Source of the DNA: Azolla caroliniana
Lineage: Eukaryota > Plantae > Polypodiophyta
DNA: 64,000 nucleotides
Reading direction: 5' to 3'
NCBI GenBank assembly: GCA_043228905.1
Contig: JBHGNT010000007.1
Coordinates: 15,934,001-15,998,000, forward strand
The notes beneath the pieces were generated by a model. The model did no database searches and was not told where the DNA came from. It was given only the letters and a program-made list of their open reading frames with translations. The position numbers and the translations under genes were made by a program. Shown here piece after piece: positions 48,701-63,599 of the stretch. How positions within the stretch are numbered: position 1 is the stretch's first letter; every line of letters starts with the position of its first letter.

Positions 48701-49501
48701 TGCAAAGTCAATGGGTGGTCCATGGGGTCCGACCAACATTAGCTGCCAAAAAAACATACAAAATGTAGTCTGCAGGACTCTTGGGCGATGGTGACCTGCA
48801 CGTGTTTTGCTTTGATTCCCCATTTCCTCATCATATCCCTCGTCAACGACCATGATTTTGAAAGGAAGGACTCGTTCTTCCTTCCATTATCCATATCTAC
48901 ACATCAATCCATTCCCCCGCCTCTTCCTTCTTCTTCCTTCTTCTTCTTCAATTTCCCCCCTCCTTTGATTTCTCTGAATCCCATCATCACATTGTTCGTC
49001 TGATCCACCTGCGTCTCAGATAAGAATCAGGAAAACTCCATACATATTCTTCACCCAATTTAGGTAAGAGTGAATAAGTTTTGTCAAAGTATTGCTTTTG
49101 ATCCTCTGTTAACTATGGATCAAGGAGAGGTGGAAGAGGAGATAATGAGAAGCGACTTCCCCCCCCCCCCCCCCCCTAGGGGCATCTGTGGAAATAAGAA
49201 AAAACCTGGGGTGGGGTGGGTATTTTGGGGAGATTTCCATCTCCAAAACAGATGTGATGGGTGTCATGTATCTCTTTGTGGTTGACTGGAACCGCATGAC
49301 AGTCTGTTCTGTAATTTGTCACATAGAATCATTCGATAATGCTGATACCAACATGTGTATATTGATTGATCCTTAATGTAGCCTCGTCCTTTGATCAAGT
49401 ATTATTTTCTTACATTGCAAAACATGAATGGCTTTTCTCCCGCGATCTGTAGAGAATATGAACATGCCTTTTTTTTTGGTTTTTTTTTTCTTCCAGCTTC
49501 T

Positions 49502-52500
49502 ATGGAACCAAATAACTTGCAATCCGAGGCAGTACCACATGATAATGGGAAATTGAAGCTGTCATCTGCAACGTACAAAATCGCCAGATTTCATATATAC
49601 GATTGGATAGCCCTATTTGGTCTTATTATACTTTATGGTGTATTGAACCTTATTGATCCCTTTTATCGCTTCATCGGGGAAACAATGATAGGAGACTACA
49701 TGTACCCACTGAAATCAAACACAATCCCCTTTCAAGTAGTACCTGTAAGTTTATTCCCAACATGTGTCTAATCATCTCTTAGATATGCCAATGCGAGAAT
49801 CTTCGAATCAAGTGAAATGTGACATCTACAGGTCATCGCTGGAATAATTCCTATTCTGGTTTTTGTGATATACTTCCTCTACAGAAAAGATATCACCGAT
49901 TTACATCATGCTATCCTTGGTATTATTTCGTGTGCTAAATATCTTAGTTCGAGGTTGAAAACTTTCAACAAAATTCTAAGATGCATTTACGGTTTTAGGC
50001 CTTATCTTTGCAATCGTGATCACGGGGATCATCACAGATACCATCAAGCTGGCTGTGGGTCGTCCTCGTCCAAATTTCTTCTGGCGTTGCTTTCCTGATG
50101 GACACGCTGTAAGAAGGGGGAGAGCAGCAACTATACTACTGAAGTGAAACTGTGTTTTTGCATAAATTGTGATCATGATTTATAATTATTACTTTGGGTT
50201 ATTTATAAGCCAAAGGAGGAGTTTCTGTGGGGATAATTTTCTTTTTGTACAGGTTTTCAGTAATGTCACCGGAGACGTTGTGTGCAATGGTGATGCGGCA
50301 GTTATCAAAGAAGGCCATAAAAGCTTCCCAAGTGGCCACACATCATGTATGTATTAACAAGAAGATTATATTAGCAAATGATTGATTGATATATATCGGT
50401 GCAAATCTTGGGAAAGCACCATGCATGCATGCTTTTTAACCACAAAAGCATACCTCCTCAGAGCATGAGCATTTCTAACTAGGTGGATATCAGATCCCAG
50501 TAACTAGAAACCTTTGTATTACATCAGAAGATAAGCATTGAGTAATTTATTGAAATGAGGTGTTTGCTTGTTCCTCAGATGTCTTTGTGGGCTCTTTCCA
50601 TATAATACCTTACATCTCCAAGCTCTGAACCATCTCTTCTTCCCTTAGTCATCACATCCTCCACTTTCTTTTCTCTGTTTCTTTGAAGACATTTTGCAAT
50701 GATATTCTCTATTGATCGTTCGACCATCTAGTAAACATCTCAAACCATGAATTATATCTTCGTTTACATTGTATAAAGCCTTGTTATTTCCGTTGAGCCA
50801 TGTTGCCCCTAAATAGTTCAGTCTTAGGTATCTGCTCAATATGGGAGGGATATCCTTAGCCTCATCTAGAAGGATCTCTTTCCCAGTGGAATACCGGCCA
50901 TGGCAGCATGGACATACCATGGATTGAATTCTTGAAGCCTTTCTATTCTTTGGGTAGGTGAGGAACCGATGGAGAAGAGTTTCTACCTCTGTCTCACATC
51001 TAGAATGTATCCCAGATTTTCCAACCTGCTGATCCTCGCTTCATATACTATTGAACAAAATGAGCCATGCGAGTACTAGTGATTCTTGGGGCCTTATTGA
51101 ACTCCAAATTTCTTCAGTCTATAATACCAGTGATGAATGAATAAATTTGTACTCCAAATCTGGTTAAGCCTAGTATAGGGGAAATAAACATCTTAGCTTG
51201 ATAAAGGATGGACTATATTCCCCTCATAGCCGATTTCTACTTCTTGTGAGTTCTCATCTTTGTTTGCCTGAATTCCATCCAACCGTTTCCAGCTGATGGG
51301 TTGCAGAACTACATGGCTAAGTTTGGAAACCTCTATGATTTAGTCTGGAAGCTTGTCTCCCCCTACCTTGTTCTACATCTGCTACATTACAGTAGGAAAC
51401 CAGATAGTCCTTGTGAGCAAGTATGGATCCGTCGTTACTGTACTTTTGACACAATGATGTGTGCAACCTATGTTGATTCCAGGCTTCCCACATATGCTTG
51501 AGAAAGACTCGATCCCTTGGGAACAATTTTCTGTTACGAGCAACAAGAAATGGAAAAGAGGGATTTTCTCAAAACTGCTAATACCTTGGATGTTAAAGAT
51601 TGGACAATCATGTAAAATTAATTGGGCCAAATCCTCTGGGGGGGCTTCTCACAACACTTAAGGATCCATATTAGGTGGCATCAATGGAAACAAACTTTTA
51701 GGATGCATACAAGCAATTGAATGGCCCTAGTGGGAAAGCCAACTTAAGATAAATGGATAAGCATGCATGACTTTCAGTCCCAAGGCCACTTAACACTGTG
51801 ACATCCAGGGATGAGCACCCTTTCATGAGGACTTCATGGCAATCCATGTGAAAGGCATGGCCAACTGGTGCAGCGTGCAGACCATTCAAATAAAGCAATG
51901 ACATCGCGGTCACGAGAGCCCGGCTAAAAGGAAAGCTATACACAACCAACAAGGCAAGATGGTGAAGGATTTTGGGATTGGGTCGATAATGCGAGAAGAG
52001 ATGCCAAAACATGGTAAATCAATAAGGAAACATTAATAGAGATTAAGAGCAAGGTTTAGTAGTGAAGTCTATGGCATAATGTAATGAATGGAATGTTGTT
52101 AGCTGGTGGAAGGTTTCTTCATCATCATCTTTCTTGTTTGGGTGTTGCTGCCTATGCTTGTCATTTTGCTAAAGGATACTTAGTAGGTTGTCATTGTTTC
52201 GGTCGTCCTCCAGTTGTTAGCTTGAAGATTGGCTTTGATCAAGCAATTCCTGGCTATACCCCCTATGTATTTAATGCACAAATGGCTTATCAGTTGCATC
52301 CCAATTCTTTCTTCTTGATTCTAATATAAAGTCATTATTTGCTTTCTTTTGGCAGGGTCTTTTGCAGGGATGGCATATCTATCTCTATATTTGGCTGGAA
52401 AACTCCAACTTTTCAACGGACGAGCGCATGTGTCTAGAGTTATCATAGTTCTGGCTCCACTTATGATTGCACTATTAGTAGGTCTTTCCCGAGTCGATGA

Positions 52501-52914
52501 CTACTGGCATCATTGGCAAGATGTCTTTGCAGGGGCCCTCATAGGTATGCCACCATGGTCACTACTATAAGTTTCATTGTTTCAGCATAAGTTTCATACT
52601 CCACACACACTCACATTGTCTTTTTGCAGGGTCAGTAATGGCAACTGTGTGTTACCATCACTTCTTTCCTTCAACCTTCCATGCAACGGGTAAGCAAATA
52701 TGAACTCAATGTTGGCGAGTAGTATATAATGTTTTATGATCTTATGTTCTGTGTATGTTTTTTATTTATAGGTAGCAAATCATATAACCACCTTAAAGTA
52801 GAAACTGACTTCAACTTACCGTATTTCGGCCGAGGAAGAGCCTCAGAAACCAAAAATGACCGTTCAAATATTGAAATGAGGCCGGCAAAAGATGATGAAA
52901 ACAGTGAGGTCTGA
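49502..52914 (+). CDS. LPP: Lipid phosphate phosphatase (PAP2 family), 7 coding exons, 308 aa
   Basis: Exons 49502-49744, 49832-49919, 49999-50108, 50253-50346, 52356-52544, 52630-52689 and 52772-52914, all with GT-AG introns; total 927 nt in frame. All three PAP2 motifs are present: [13 protein letters not shown] and [12 protein letters not shown]. Probable 5' UTR intron 49063-49496. Confidence 0.94.
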
Positions 52915-54802
52915 AGATTAGGTTAATAATTTCTTTAAACATCAGGGACCTTCCGACATCAAGGAGCATTGCTATTTATTTTATTTAGCCTCAATTCTTT
53001 ACACATTCGAAAGGTCAAGTTAATAATCCGTTTTCCAAACATCAACATATGTACAAAATCTGCATTAAAAATTCTATACCTTGGTGTTACTTGCATTTGT
53101 AACTCTATCAATATTAAAACAATCATTATCGTCTTTGTCTTGTACATTAGGGTGATCTATGAGAATCCAAAATGATGGATTGTTCTAAAAAGATGTCCAT
53201 CATAATATTAACATCTAAGTAATTCATGGATGTGTTTCATCCACCAGGTATGTCTAACCATGAACCACTTATAGAAGAATAAGGAACTTTTAAAGAAAAT
53301 TTAACAACCGAGTCAATATGATTAAGAACTTGTGGATAAGACAACAAATGAAGCAATCTTTCTGAGACCATGTCCATGAATTTTGACACTTGAATCTCAC
53401 AAGTGTCACAACTCTCCAAACCCAGTGTTATTGTAGTTAGTTCCTTTCATCTAATTGTAATAACAAAACGAGGTTTACTAATAGTAATAAATGGATTCAT
53501 TGCATGTAGCAATGAGCTTCTTCAACTAAAAGAGTTGACCATTCATGAGCATAATGGCGATTAGAAAAGATGACATACCAAGGTCATATGTTAACATGTA
53601 CACAAATTAAGTCATAACAATTGTCATTGTCACTAATGCGATAAATGAAATTCAACTTAGAAATTTAAATTAGTTTAGAATTAAAAATAAAAATAAAGCT
53701 TATTGATTATATCCAAAAACCAAGAAGTTTTCATAAAGTAAGTTAAAATAGTAATAAAGGTAGGGGTTTTTGTCATGCATCTAGTTGAAAAGTAATCTCT
53801 TTATGTCTACAAAAAAGTAATAGTGACGTTGTACGCCATTTCATTTAAAAAGTGATCAACACATTTACGGGGTGCACACCATAGATTAGGACATTTCCAC
53901 CTTAAAGGCAATTGATCTATTATGACATATGACAACGAGTTAGGTAGCGAGTCATCAAATCATGTCAAGTCTAATGAAAAAGGGGGTATAAAACTCCTTT
54001 TCGTGGATTTATATAGAGAAGTGCATTAGTAAAAGCATTTGTTCAAATAGGGATGCATACACATATACAAACATACATAAATGTATTGGTACATTGGTTT
54101 ACACACCAACACGGTCTTTGTCGAAAAGGTGTTTCTAAACCATTGCATCCCAGGTTTTATAATGCGATACATCCTTATACCTTTGTATAAAACTAAGACA
54201 ACCACCTAAGCCAACCATAACAATATATTTATAAATGATCCTTGGATATTATAGACCAACAAGATTATTGTCACCTTTGGCGCAACAAAGAAAGACTTGC
54301 AGAATTTTGTGATTCGAAATGCAAAGTTTGAGAACAATGAAAAGCTATGAGACATAAGTTGATGAGATATATGAGGTTGATGTTAATGTCATGTATGTAT
54401 ATGAAGTACATCACCATTCTCTCCTCACTCAATTTACATTGGATTAAGTTATTCATTGTATTAAATAGTTTACCACAATGCACAATAACCAAGATTGCAA
54501 TTCCAGTTATGTGTGGATTCAACTACATTTCTCCCATTAGACACAAGAAAAATGTATAATAAAAAGAAATATATATATACATATGTCTCTGTGCACAAAG
54601 TGGAAACCTAGGTTGAATAGAGGCTTGAGGATTCACAGGTTTGTGATGTCCATATGAAATACAAGAATGATGCAAATGTGGGATATAAATTATTTTTGGC
54701 AATGGAAATATGTAGGGTTAATAGAATATACCTTTATTTATGAAGGGAAACTTGTATCTTATAATAACAAAACTATAAGATGAAGAAATATCAAATTTGG
54801 GA

Positions 54803-54856
54803 GAGAGAGCATAGGGGGGGAGAGAAACAAAGTAGAGAGAGAGAGATAAAGAAAGC

Positions 54857-54902
<46 letters not shown>

Positions 54903-57900
54903 TATTAACGTCTTCTAAGGCCAAAATTGGCTCATGAGAGAGAGAGAGAGAGAGGGTGTAGTGCAACTGAGTGTTTTGTTCATATCTTTCGGCATGTATA
55001 TTAGAATCACGTGTGTAGATAATCGTTGGAAAGCCCTTTTGGAGACCTTTCCAACGAGCTATAGCGTGTTGCGAAACATATTTCGGAGCGTGAAACAGTG
55101 GTCACATTACTATTGCGGGCTTTGAGGGATGCCGGTCGAGATAGAGTTCATCCTCTCTTGGGGGCCTTCCTACTAAGATTGAGCCGATTCTATGGTGGTC
55201 TACACTTGATGGCTATGGCAAACAATATAAATCTTGGTATGTCTTTATTAGTGCCTACTTTTGATACATGTACGTCAATGTCAATGGATGTACAACAAGA
55301 GACGTCAAAACCAATGGTTCCACAGATTACTAATAAAGATGTAGGCAAGGAAATGAAAAGACCCAAACGTGTGGAAGACGAGGATAACACGTCATATGCT
55401 GATGCTATGCGTAGTGATGTTAACATTAAAGACGATGCACACTGAGAATATTTGAGATGCATGGCTAATGCTTTGATGGAGGATTGCATGAAAGAAATGC
55501 TAAAATTGCTTCAGAGTTTGATGAGGAAGATATTTTCAAGGTTGAGGTGGATACAAAAGAGTATTTATCATCTTTTTCAACATTTTATGATAGAGGAGTG
55601 ATACTTTTTTTTACTGGCAAAATACATGCCCTTCATTGGGTCAAACAATGGCCACGTGGTGTCTTGCATGCAAATTGTGTAGAGGATGTGTATGTTGGCC
55701 CACATGGTTTCTATGAGGTGGTCTTAAATTCAAGTGAGAATAAAGAAACATTACTTGCTAGGTTGCCAATTTTCTATGGTAGGAGTTTGGTTCATGTTGT
55801 TCCTTGGAGACCATTGACTGAGTACTCGGATATATTGAAACAAGATTGTCCGGTATGGGTGGAGGTAGAATGTAAGCATTCCATTATGTGGCCACTTTTG
55901 CATTCAACAATAGAGAAATTGGGGAAAATTTTGGTGCCTCCTAATGCTAATGCAATGAATTGATATCAAATGTGTATTCTTTGGAATACTGTTATAAAAA
56001 GACCAGGTTGTCTACGAATAGATTGTATTGGTATGCTAACAAAGTATTTCAAACTTAAATGGGGTACATTTGCAGGCCATTGTTTCCATTGTGGAGAATT
56101 AGGGCATTTTATGGCAGAGTGTCCTCATACTGGTAAAACTTTAGAGAAACTTGAGGTGGTGGAGGATTTTCAAGAGAAATTACAATAGGATAAGGACCCT
56201 GATTTGTCTATGTGTGAGAATATTGAGGAACAAGGAGTTGTGATTAAGAAAGGGCCAAAGTCGTCAGATAGGGAGGGTCCATGGTCGGTAGTTTCTGGAA
56301 GAATGAATAGGTTTGGAAAGGGTGCTTGGAATAAATCCAATGAGGGTATGAAGTTACCATTAAAACAAGGCTCTTTTGGGTGTAGTAAAAATTCGGGTCA
56401 TCAAGCTGATTTTCCTAAAAAATTATCATTTGATAGTAAAGGGAATTTGCATAACCCTTGGAATAAGCATACTCAAGTACAATGTAACAAAGGGAATAGA
56501 TAAAGTGTGACAGGATTCCCTTCCCATCAAAATTTGTTTGGAATCTAAGGAGATTTTTTTCAGATTTAGCAGATACATCGACTGAGAGGGAGAAACAGGT
56601 TCCCTCATCGAAAGGAAAAGCTAAAGTATGAAGGTGACAACGTGGAATGTAAGAGGGATTTGTTCCCGATTTAAGATGCATGAGGTGTGGAGTGCTTTGT
56701 TACACAATCAGTGGGATGTTTTATGTGCCGTGGAGCATAAAGAACATAAAAATGCAGGTTTAATGGTTAACACTAAGGGTTATATGCTATGTTATTCAGG
56801 AAAAGTGAAAGGTGATTATTCAAGAGTTGTTATGTTTATAAGAAATTTGTTTTGTCCTCAAGTTATCTTTAGTGATGATTTTGGTTGATTTTTGGTTGTA
56901 CAAATCTCTTATGAAGGGAAAATTTTGTGGTTGGTTGGTGTATATGCTTCAAATCTATCTCAAACATGAAAGTTGTTGTGGCAAAATTTGGCTTCGCTTC
57001 TTAAGCAAGGTCAAGCAGGAATAATGATGGGGGACTTTAATGTTTGTTGTGAGGAAGCACAATCAACTTCTATGCATTCTATAATGAAAGGATCTGAAAC
57101 TCAATCTTGGGAACAATTACAAATGGATGTTCTACATTGTGATGTGTGGCCTTGGATTCATGGTGATGAGTCAAGTTATACTTTTTGATCAATGCAATAC
57201 ACATCGACTTGGAGTAGGTTAGATCGTATGTATATTATGCGTACTGATTCTTTCTTGCCAAAGATTTTGGATATTTCCATTTCTTATGATTTGGTTCTTT
57301 CAGATAATTTTCCATTAGTGTTTGAGTTTGCACATCAATCAGTTGACCAATTTAAATATTTCTTAAGACGACCTCCTCTTCGTTTTAATTCATCTTTTTT
57401 AGAACATGAAGTATTTCATGGTTACATGTGTCAATTGATTGAGAAATTCAATTTACATGTTCAAGATGTTGGGTTCGAGGTTTGTGATGTATTTGTTGTA
57501 AATGTGCAAAAGCTATCCAGATTTTATGGAATGTATAATGCCTTTAAGAGAAGGAGAAAAATAAAGGCTTTGGCTACATTGTTGGGACGATGTAATGCGT
57601 TACTAAGTTATTGGCAAATGGATGAGCAATTATTGGATATTCACAAAATATTATCAACCTCTTAATATGATATGAAAGTTAAGAGTTATCAATAAGCTAG
57701 ACTACATAAGTTGAGACAAGAAGTGGATGATTGTAATTGTCAATCACACAATTTCTTTCATGCCCTTCATGAATCACATGCGAGGTATAATGTGGTGCGA
57801 TTTCAGGAAAATGAGAGGATGATTATGGATCCTCATATGATTGTGACAAAATGTGTGGATTATCATAATCAATTGTTAGATTTAGAAACTCATGTTGACG

Positions 57901-60591
57901 AAACTGTTAATTTTGCTCGAGAGGTGTTCTTGAAGGAAGTTACAAATCATGTATCAATTGAGGTTTCTAATGTTTTGGACGCAGATATATCAGAGGCTGA
58001 GGTAGAAAACATGATTTCTCATCTTGTGAATGGTAAGAGTCCTAGTTGGGATGGTTTAACAAATGAAATCTTCAAGAAATATAATACAAACTTGAAGAGG
58101 TCCTTTGCAATTCTATTCCAGAATGCTTGGTCCACAGGGCACATGCCACAATCTTGGAAGATTGGTTTAATAAAACTGTTACCTAAAGTGCCATCTCAAG
58201 TGTCTTTTGCTCAATGGAGGCCTATATCTTTGATGGGAGGATATTATAAGATTTTCACAAATATTTTGGCTAATAGATTACATACAGTATTGCCAACTAT
58301 TATCCATTATGCTCAATATGATTTTTTGGCCAAAAGAGATATTTTGCATAATATTTTAAATGTTTAGATGACAACAAATTTTGCTGTGGAAACTAAACAA
58401 GAGATTGTGATGTTGCAATTGGATCTAGAGAAGGCATATGATCATGTTAATTTGTCTTTTTTATGTCAGGTGATGCATCAAATGGGGTTTGGTGATCGTA
58501 TGTCAAATTTGATATATACATTGGGGGATGATTCAATGTCACATGTCATGCTTAATGGAGGAGTAACACAACCTACTTCGGTTCGAAGGTCAGTTAGACA
58601 AGGGTGCCCTCTTAGTCCACTTTTGTTTACTATTGTCACTCATTCTATACTTGTTAAGCTACATAATATGGCAGATCTGGGAGACAGTGTATTGCTCAAG
58701 TGCTAGTAGATGATCATTTTATGTTTTTGGGAGCTACATGTAATAATGTTACAAAGGCTACAAAGGTGTGGGAATTGTTTTCTCTTGCATCAGGATTAAA
58801 GATTAATATGCATAAATAAGTTCTTATTTCATGTACTGAGCAAAATATATTGGAGCTTGGGTGGCCAGGAAAGATTGTTAATCGTGGAATTTTTTTTCGA
58901 CACTTGGGTTACCCTATTGGAGTAGAAGTTTCACATGTTAAACTAATTGATTTGGCGTCGAAAAAGATTGAAATTAAGTTCATCTATTGGAGATCTTAGT
59001 CATGGCCATTTCATATAAGGGTTTAAGTTGTGCAATCCATTATGATACCCATGGTTTCTTATTATCGTCCATTGTTTCCATGGTCTAAGAAGGATGTTGA
59101 AAAGGTTACCCAATCAATGCGTTCATTATTATGGGAGAAAAAAGGGAAACATGGCATTTCTTGGTTGGCATGGGATCATATTTGTACTCCAAAACGGCTT
59201 GGTGGAGCAACATTATTGAGTGTATATGAGCATATGGTAGCTCAGAGGTTTTCATTACTCATTTCTATGTTTGCAAACACACAACCATGGATAGAAATGG
59301 TGATTTTCTTTATTGAGAAAATTGGCATAAAGTTTGGAAAAGTAAGAGTAGAAACACATTGGTGGAATGTAGTCAATTCCAAAAGGCAAGTGAAGTGTTC
59401 AATGTCTTGGTTTGTTGATCAATTATTATCATCTTGGTAGAATGTGTTAGAATTTGTCAAGTGGGATCCCCCATCACATAGAGAGCATGCAAATTCCCTA
59501 CAGCTAGAGATTTTGGCAACATCAAGGTTGTTGGATTGGGAAAGTAAGCAATCCTTGTAACATCAATTTAATCGAATGGCTCGATTAGGATTGGTATCAC
59601 TAAAAGATGCAATTTTGTCTTCTCAAAGAAGGTTGATGGGTTTTCGTACTGCTAGGTCAACATTTGGAATTCCACGCAATTATCGACACATTTGGGATAC
59701 ATTACAAGGATTATCAGTGTTGTAAGGGTGTGTGCCACATTTAAATGAAGATTCTCTATATCTTGATTGGACATTTGTAGGGGGGAACGACTTAAGTATG
59801 GTTTCAACGAATGCAGTTTATCATACAATTATTGGGAAACATATGTGGTTAGAAAAAAGGGTAATTAAGGTATGGTCTTTTCATAGGCCAACAATTTGGT
59901 GGAGAAATGTACTCCGGAAGGGTTGGTGTTCACATTTGTAATTTAGAGTCAATGTGTTTATTTGGAGGGTTATGGTTGGTGGATTACCATTCGGTGATGC
60001 TTTATGCAAAAGAAAAATAGCTAGTGGCATCTGTTTCTTTTGTACGTTGGAAGTAGAGCACAATCGACATCGATTTATTTCATGTCTTGTTACAAAGATG
60101 GTTTGGAGATTTATTAATGCAGTATGGATGTCCTTGATAGGAGTGATAAAATCTCCTTTCAAATGGGTTTTTGCACAAGTGGAATTAGGAGGTCTTTCAC
60201 CTTCTTTTCAGATTAGTTTGGATTATTTGACGTATTATGGGCTTTGGTTTATTTGGCATATGCGAAATGCTTTTATATTTGATGAACAAAGGGGAGTACA
60301 CTATTATGTGTAGAGATTGAAAGGGTTCCTTTTATGGCAATTTTCATTGTTGGAGATGTCATGTATATTCAATCATGAAGAGAGACAAGTATGTAAGTTA
60401 GTTGGGCATCACATTCGTCATTTGGTTTGATAAGAAAGGTTATGGGATGTTGAGAGACATATTCATGGTTTGTAATGATATGAATATGTATCTCTCTATG
60501 TAGATATGTAAAGATGACTTACAAGTTGTAATAGTGTGTTTTTTTACATGCAATTAATATAATTGTGTGATTTTACCAACAAAAAAAAAAA
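54803..60591 (+). mobile_element. L1-type LINE retrotransposon, near full length, decayed
   Basis: ORF1 fragments with CCHC knuckle CFHCGELGHFMAEC. ORF2 from 56628: endonuclease TWNVRG/GDFN/SRLDR, RT WRPISL/LDLEKAYD/RQGCPLSPLLF and C-terminal CFFC...H. Poly(A) at 60581-60591. Candidate TSD CAAATTTGGGA at 54792-54802 and 60592-60602; the 5' end is less certain. Confidence 0.88.
54857..54900. repeat. (GAAA)n microsatellite
   Basis: Direct reading of the sequence. Confidence 0.9.
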
Positions 60592-61308
60592 CAAATTTGG
60601 GATGGTCTATAGACATAAATTTTGTATACAAAATGATATTGTATGCATATTTTTGCAGCGATTTGTTTATTTCGAAGAAGATAAATGTATTTGTATTTGT
60701 AACAAATCAAACAAATGTGATCACTTCATGAATACAACTCAATACAAATGCCATCTTTGTTGTTACCAATGAAGAGTGGAAGGTAGTAAGGTTATGCGAG
60801 CATGTAGATTACAAGGTTTTATTGTAAACATTAGAATAATGTTGTAGATTCTTGACAAGTGTACGAATGTAAATTGTAAGAGGCTAAATGCATTATGATG
60901 TTGCAAATCTCAACATACATAAGTTGGGGACTTCTTCCCTGATTGAATTTGTCTCATAATGATGTTGCAATATAGTTCAAGTTTCAACAAGTTAATGAAG
61001 AGAAAACCATACTTAGTATAATCTATTATTCTATTAACCATGGAGATAATGGTAATCCAAGTAATAGTGCAACGACTAAGAGTAAAGCACATCACTTTGA
61101 TCATGTGTAGAAGAGAGAAAAAACACTCTAGTGTAGAGTTAGGAACCCTGAAGCACCCTTGGAAAGAACTTCGCCTTCCTCATTACAATTTAAGTGCACT
61201 TTTGTTTGTCCTTTTCACATTATGAAAACACAAGATGATTATATAGGTTTTAAAAATTCACTTTCTTTTATCTTATGTCAATGCCAATGTTTAGAAAGTG
61301 TAAGTTGT

Positions 61309-61680
61309 TGTTGAGAATCAAGCTCAACCTAGTCTAGTGTGTGAACACACCTTTTTAGAATGTATGAGCATTCAAAGGCCAAAAGTCACCACTACTTTCT
61401 ACACATTAACTATGTGTCATAGAATCATATTCTATGACACATAACTAATGAGTTTCCACATTCCCCATGACCCATGAGCTTCTATAGTTCTAGAGAGAGA
61501 GTGGGTGTTTTAGTGAGTTAATGAAGAGAGACGATGACTCTTACTTTATAAAGAGTCGGTTATTCTCCCTTGTAATGCTACATTTTTGTACTTGATATTC
61601 TCCTTGTTAATATACATCTTCTTGAGTACTTCATTTCTTTTATCTATCTTGTGTTTCAATCCTCTCATCTCCTCTTTCCA

Positions 61681-61745
<65 letters not shown>

Positions 61746-62035
61746 CACACATCTCTTTCGCTACACAGAATCATATCCAATTCTTTACATGGTATCATAG
61801 CGATTTGGTAGCTCGATCTAGCCCATTCGCGTGTGTTGTGTCCTACGCCAACGTTCAAGAAGAATCAGCTCATCGCTATCGTAGTGCCACTACATAGCTC
61901 ATGCTCGAGAGAGAAGGAAAAGAAGAAGTAAATCTACATCGACATAATGAATACTCAAATAAGGAGGGCTCTCCCTAGCGAGAAGTTGGATAGAAACAAC
62001 TTTGCATCTTGGGAGTACAAGATGCACCAATACCC
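61309..62035 (+). mobile_element. Copia 5' LTR (61309-61789), PBS and gag start; related to the 23744 element
   Basis: TGTTGAGAATCAAGCTC...TTTACA, PBS TGGTATCATAGC and MNTQIRRALPSEKLDRNNFASWEYKMHQY. Long (CA)n at about 61685-61743. Confidence 0.88.
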
Positions 62036-63599
62036 TGGGAGCATGGGATAAATCGAGGTATGTCTATAGAAGTCGTCGATGAATGTTATGTGGTACCGAC
62101 AACCACCGAATGTTGATGTCTGGGTTGGTCCCCATACATCTGAATGTATTACATCCAGGATCCCTTTGCTTACGTTCCTTTTCTTTGGGAATGGTTGTCG
62201 GTGCTATTTACTGAATTGGCAAGCTTCGCACACGCTTGCAATCTCCTTTTCAGTAAAGGTCGGGAGTTCGGTGATGACTCCTTTTGACTGTATTCCTTTT
62301 AGCTTTTGGAGATTGATGTGGCCAATCCTTTTGTGCCACTGCTCTATGTCAGTGTTGGCTCTATGACCCTAGGCATACATTGTCGATTTCATCTCATGTG
62401 AATCGAGGATGAACATCCGACCTTTTCTTCGACCGCCGACAACAAGTCAGCCTTCTTTTTCGATAAAGCATCCTCTATCGTTGAATCGAACTTGCATGCC
62501 TTGTTCCATAATCAGGCCAACCGCGACTAGGTTCTTCGTTGTTGTTGGAACATGCAAGAAGTTCTTGATGTAGGTTTGGTTGCCTTCTTCTCCAAATGGG
62601 ACATTACCGACATGCTGAATGGGGTTAATTGTGTCATCCTCAGTTTCCACATATCCGGGTTGTTCGGGCTTTCGTAGATCTCAGAACCAATCCTCATGAG
62701 ACGTCATGTGGTTGGATGCGTCCGAGTCGACAAACCATACATCTTTTGAGTTGGAGGTGTTGGTCAGGTTGGAGGCTGTCATAGAGTTCGCTCTATGCCT
62801 CATTACAAACATTCTGCCACAATCGTCGTAATCGGAGTTCGAGGCGTAGTTGGTGAGTTGTTGACTTGTGGAGGCCGACTCACTCTTCTTTTTGCGACAC
62901 TTTGCCTCATTATGGCTAAGATTGCCACGGTATCCGCACTAGGCGGGGTTATTCTGTCGGCTTGGTCCGACATGATAGGTCCCCCCTTCTACCTAACGCT
63001 CTGCCTCGCGCATTTGCAACGTCTTGTCAGTGTTTGAAGTTTTGTTCCCGGGGTTTCCTTTGGTTTTACCAACCTTGATCTGGTTGGCCCCTTCTTCCAC
63101 GACCTTGTCCTCTTCCTTCATCCAAGTTTGTGTAAAGCATCTGTCCGTCAGATGCGTTGCCTCTTGTTCGGACGTGATTTTCTTCCACCAGTAACATCGA
63201 CTAGAGATCAAAGCAGGAGGGAGACTTATCCCTTGTGAGGATGGCCGACGAAATGGTGTTGAAACGTGGTGCGAAGCCGCTGAGGAATATCTGCACCATT
63301 TCTTCGTCGTCAATGTTGACATTGATTGACCCTAGGGAGTCGCACAACTCCTTGGTCTTCAAGGTGTAGCTGGCGATGGACATATCCCTCTGTTGAATAA
63401 TGTTCAACTCTTGATGGAGATGAAGCTTTCGTGTGGTTGTGTTTGCCGCTAATATCTTCTTGAGGTTGCCCCACGTCTCTTTTGCCGTTTTGGCCTCTTA
63501 GATGTAGCCAAGCATGTGATCATGGACGCACGATGCAAGGTAGTACAACACCCGACTCGCTGCTTGCTCCCAAGCTGGATGGTCAACATGTTGGGAATA
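62036..63599 (-). pseudogene. Inverted Copia gag-protease-integrase fragment
   Basis: The minus strand is homologous to about 24420-26020 (QQRDMSIASY, VDSDASNHM, HSDVWGP, FIDD...IYPM). Confidence 0.88.

Noticed and set aside
48352-48853. PE/PG- and RT-repeat ORFs
   Set aside because: They are translations of the hexamer and 58-bp tandem repeats.
50640-52330. Possible LINE remnant in the long LPP intron
   Set aside because: It has coding-like texture, but I could not read a diagnostic RT or endonuclease motif. An HMM search is needed.
53237-54560. Possible minus-strand exons or pseudogene (also 60910-61200 and 47000-48230)
   Set aside because: These are short ORFs without recognisable motifs or a consistent splice model.
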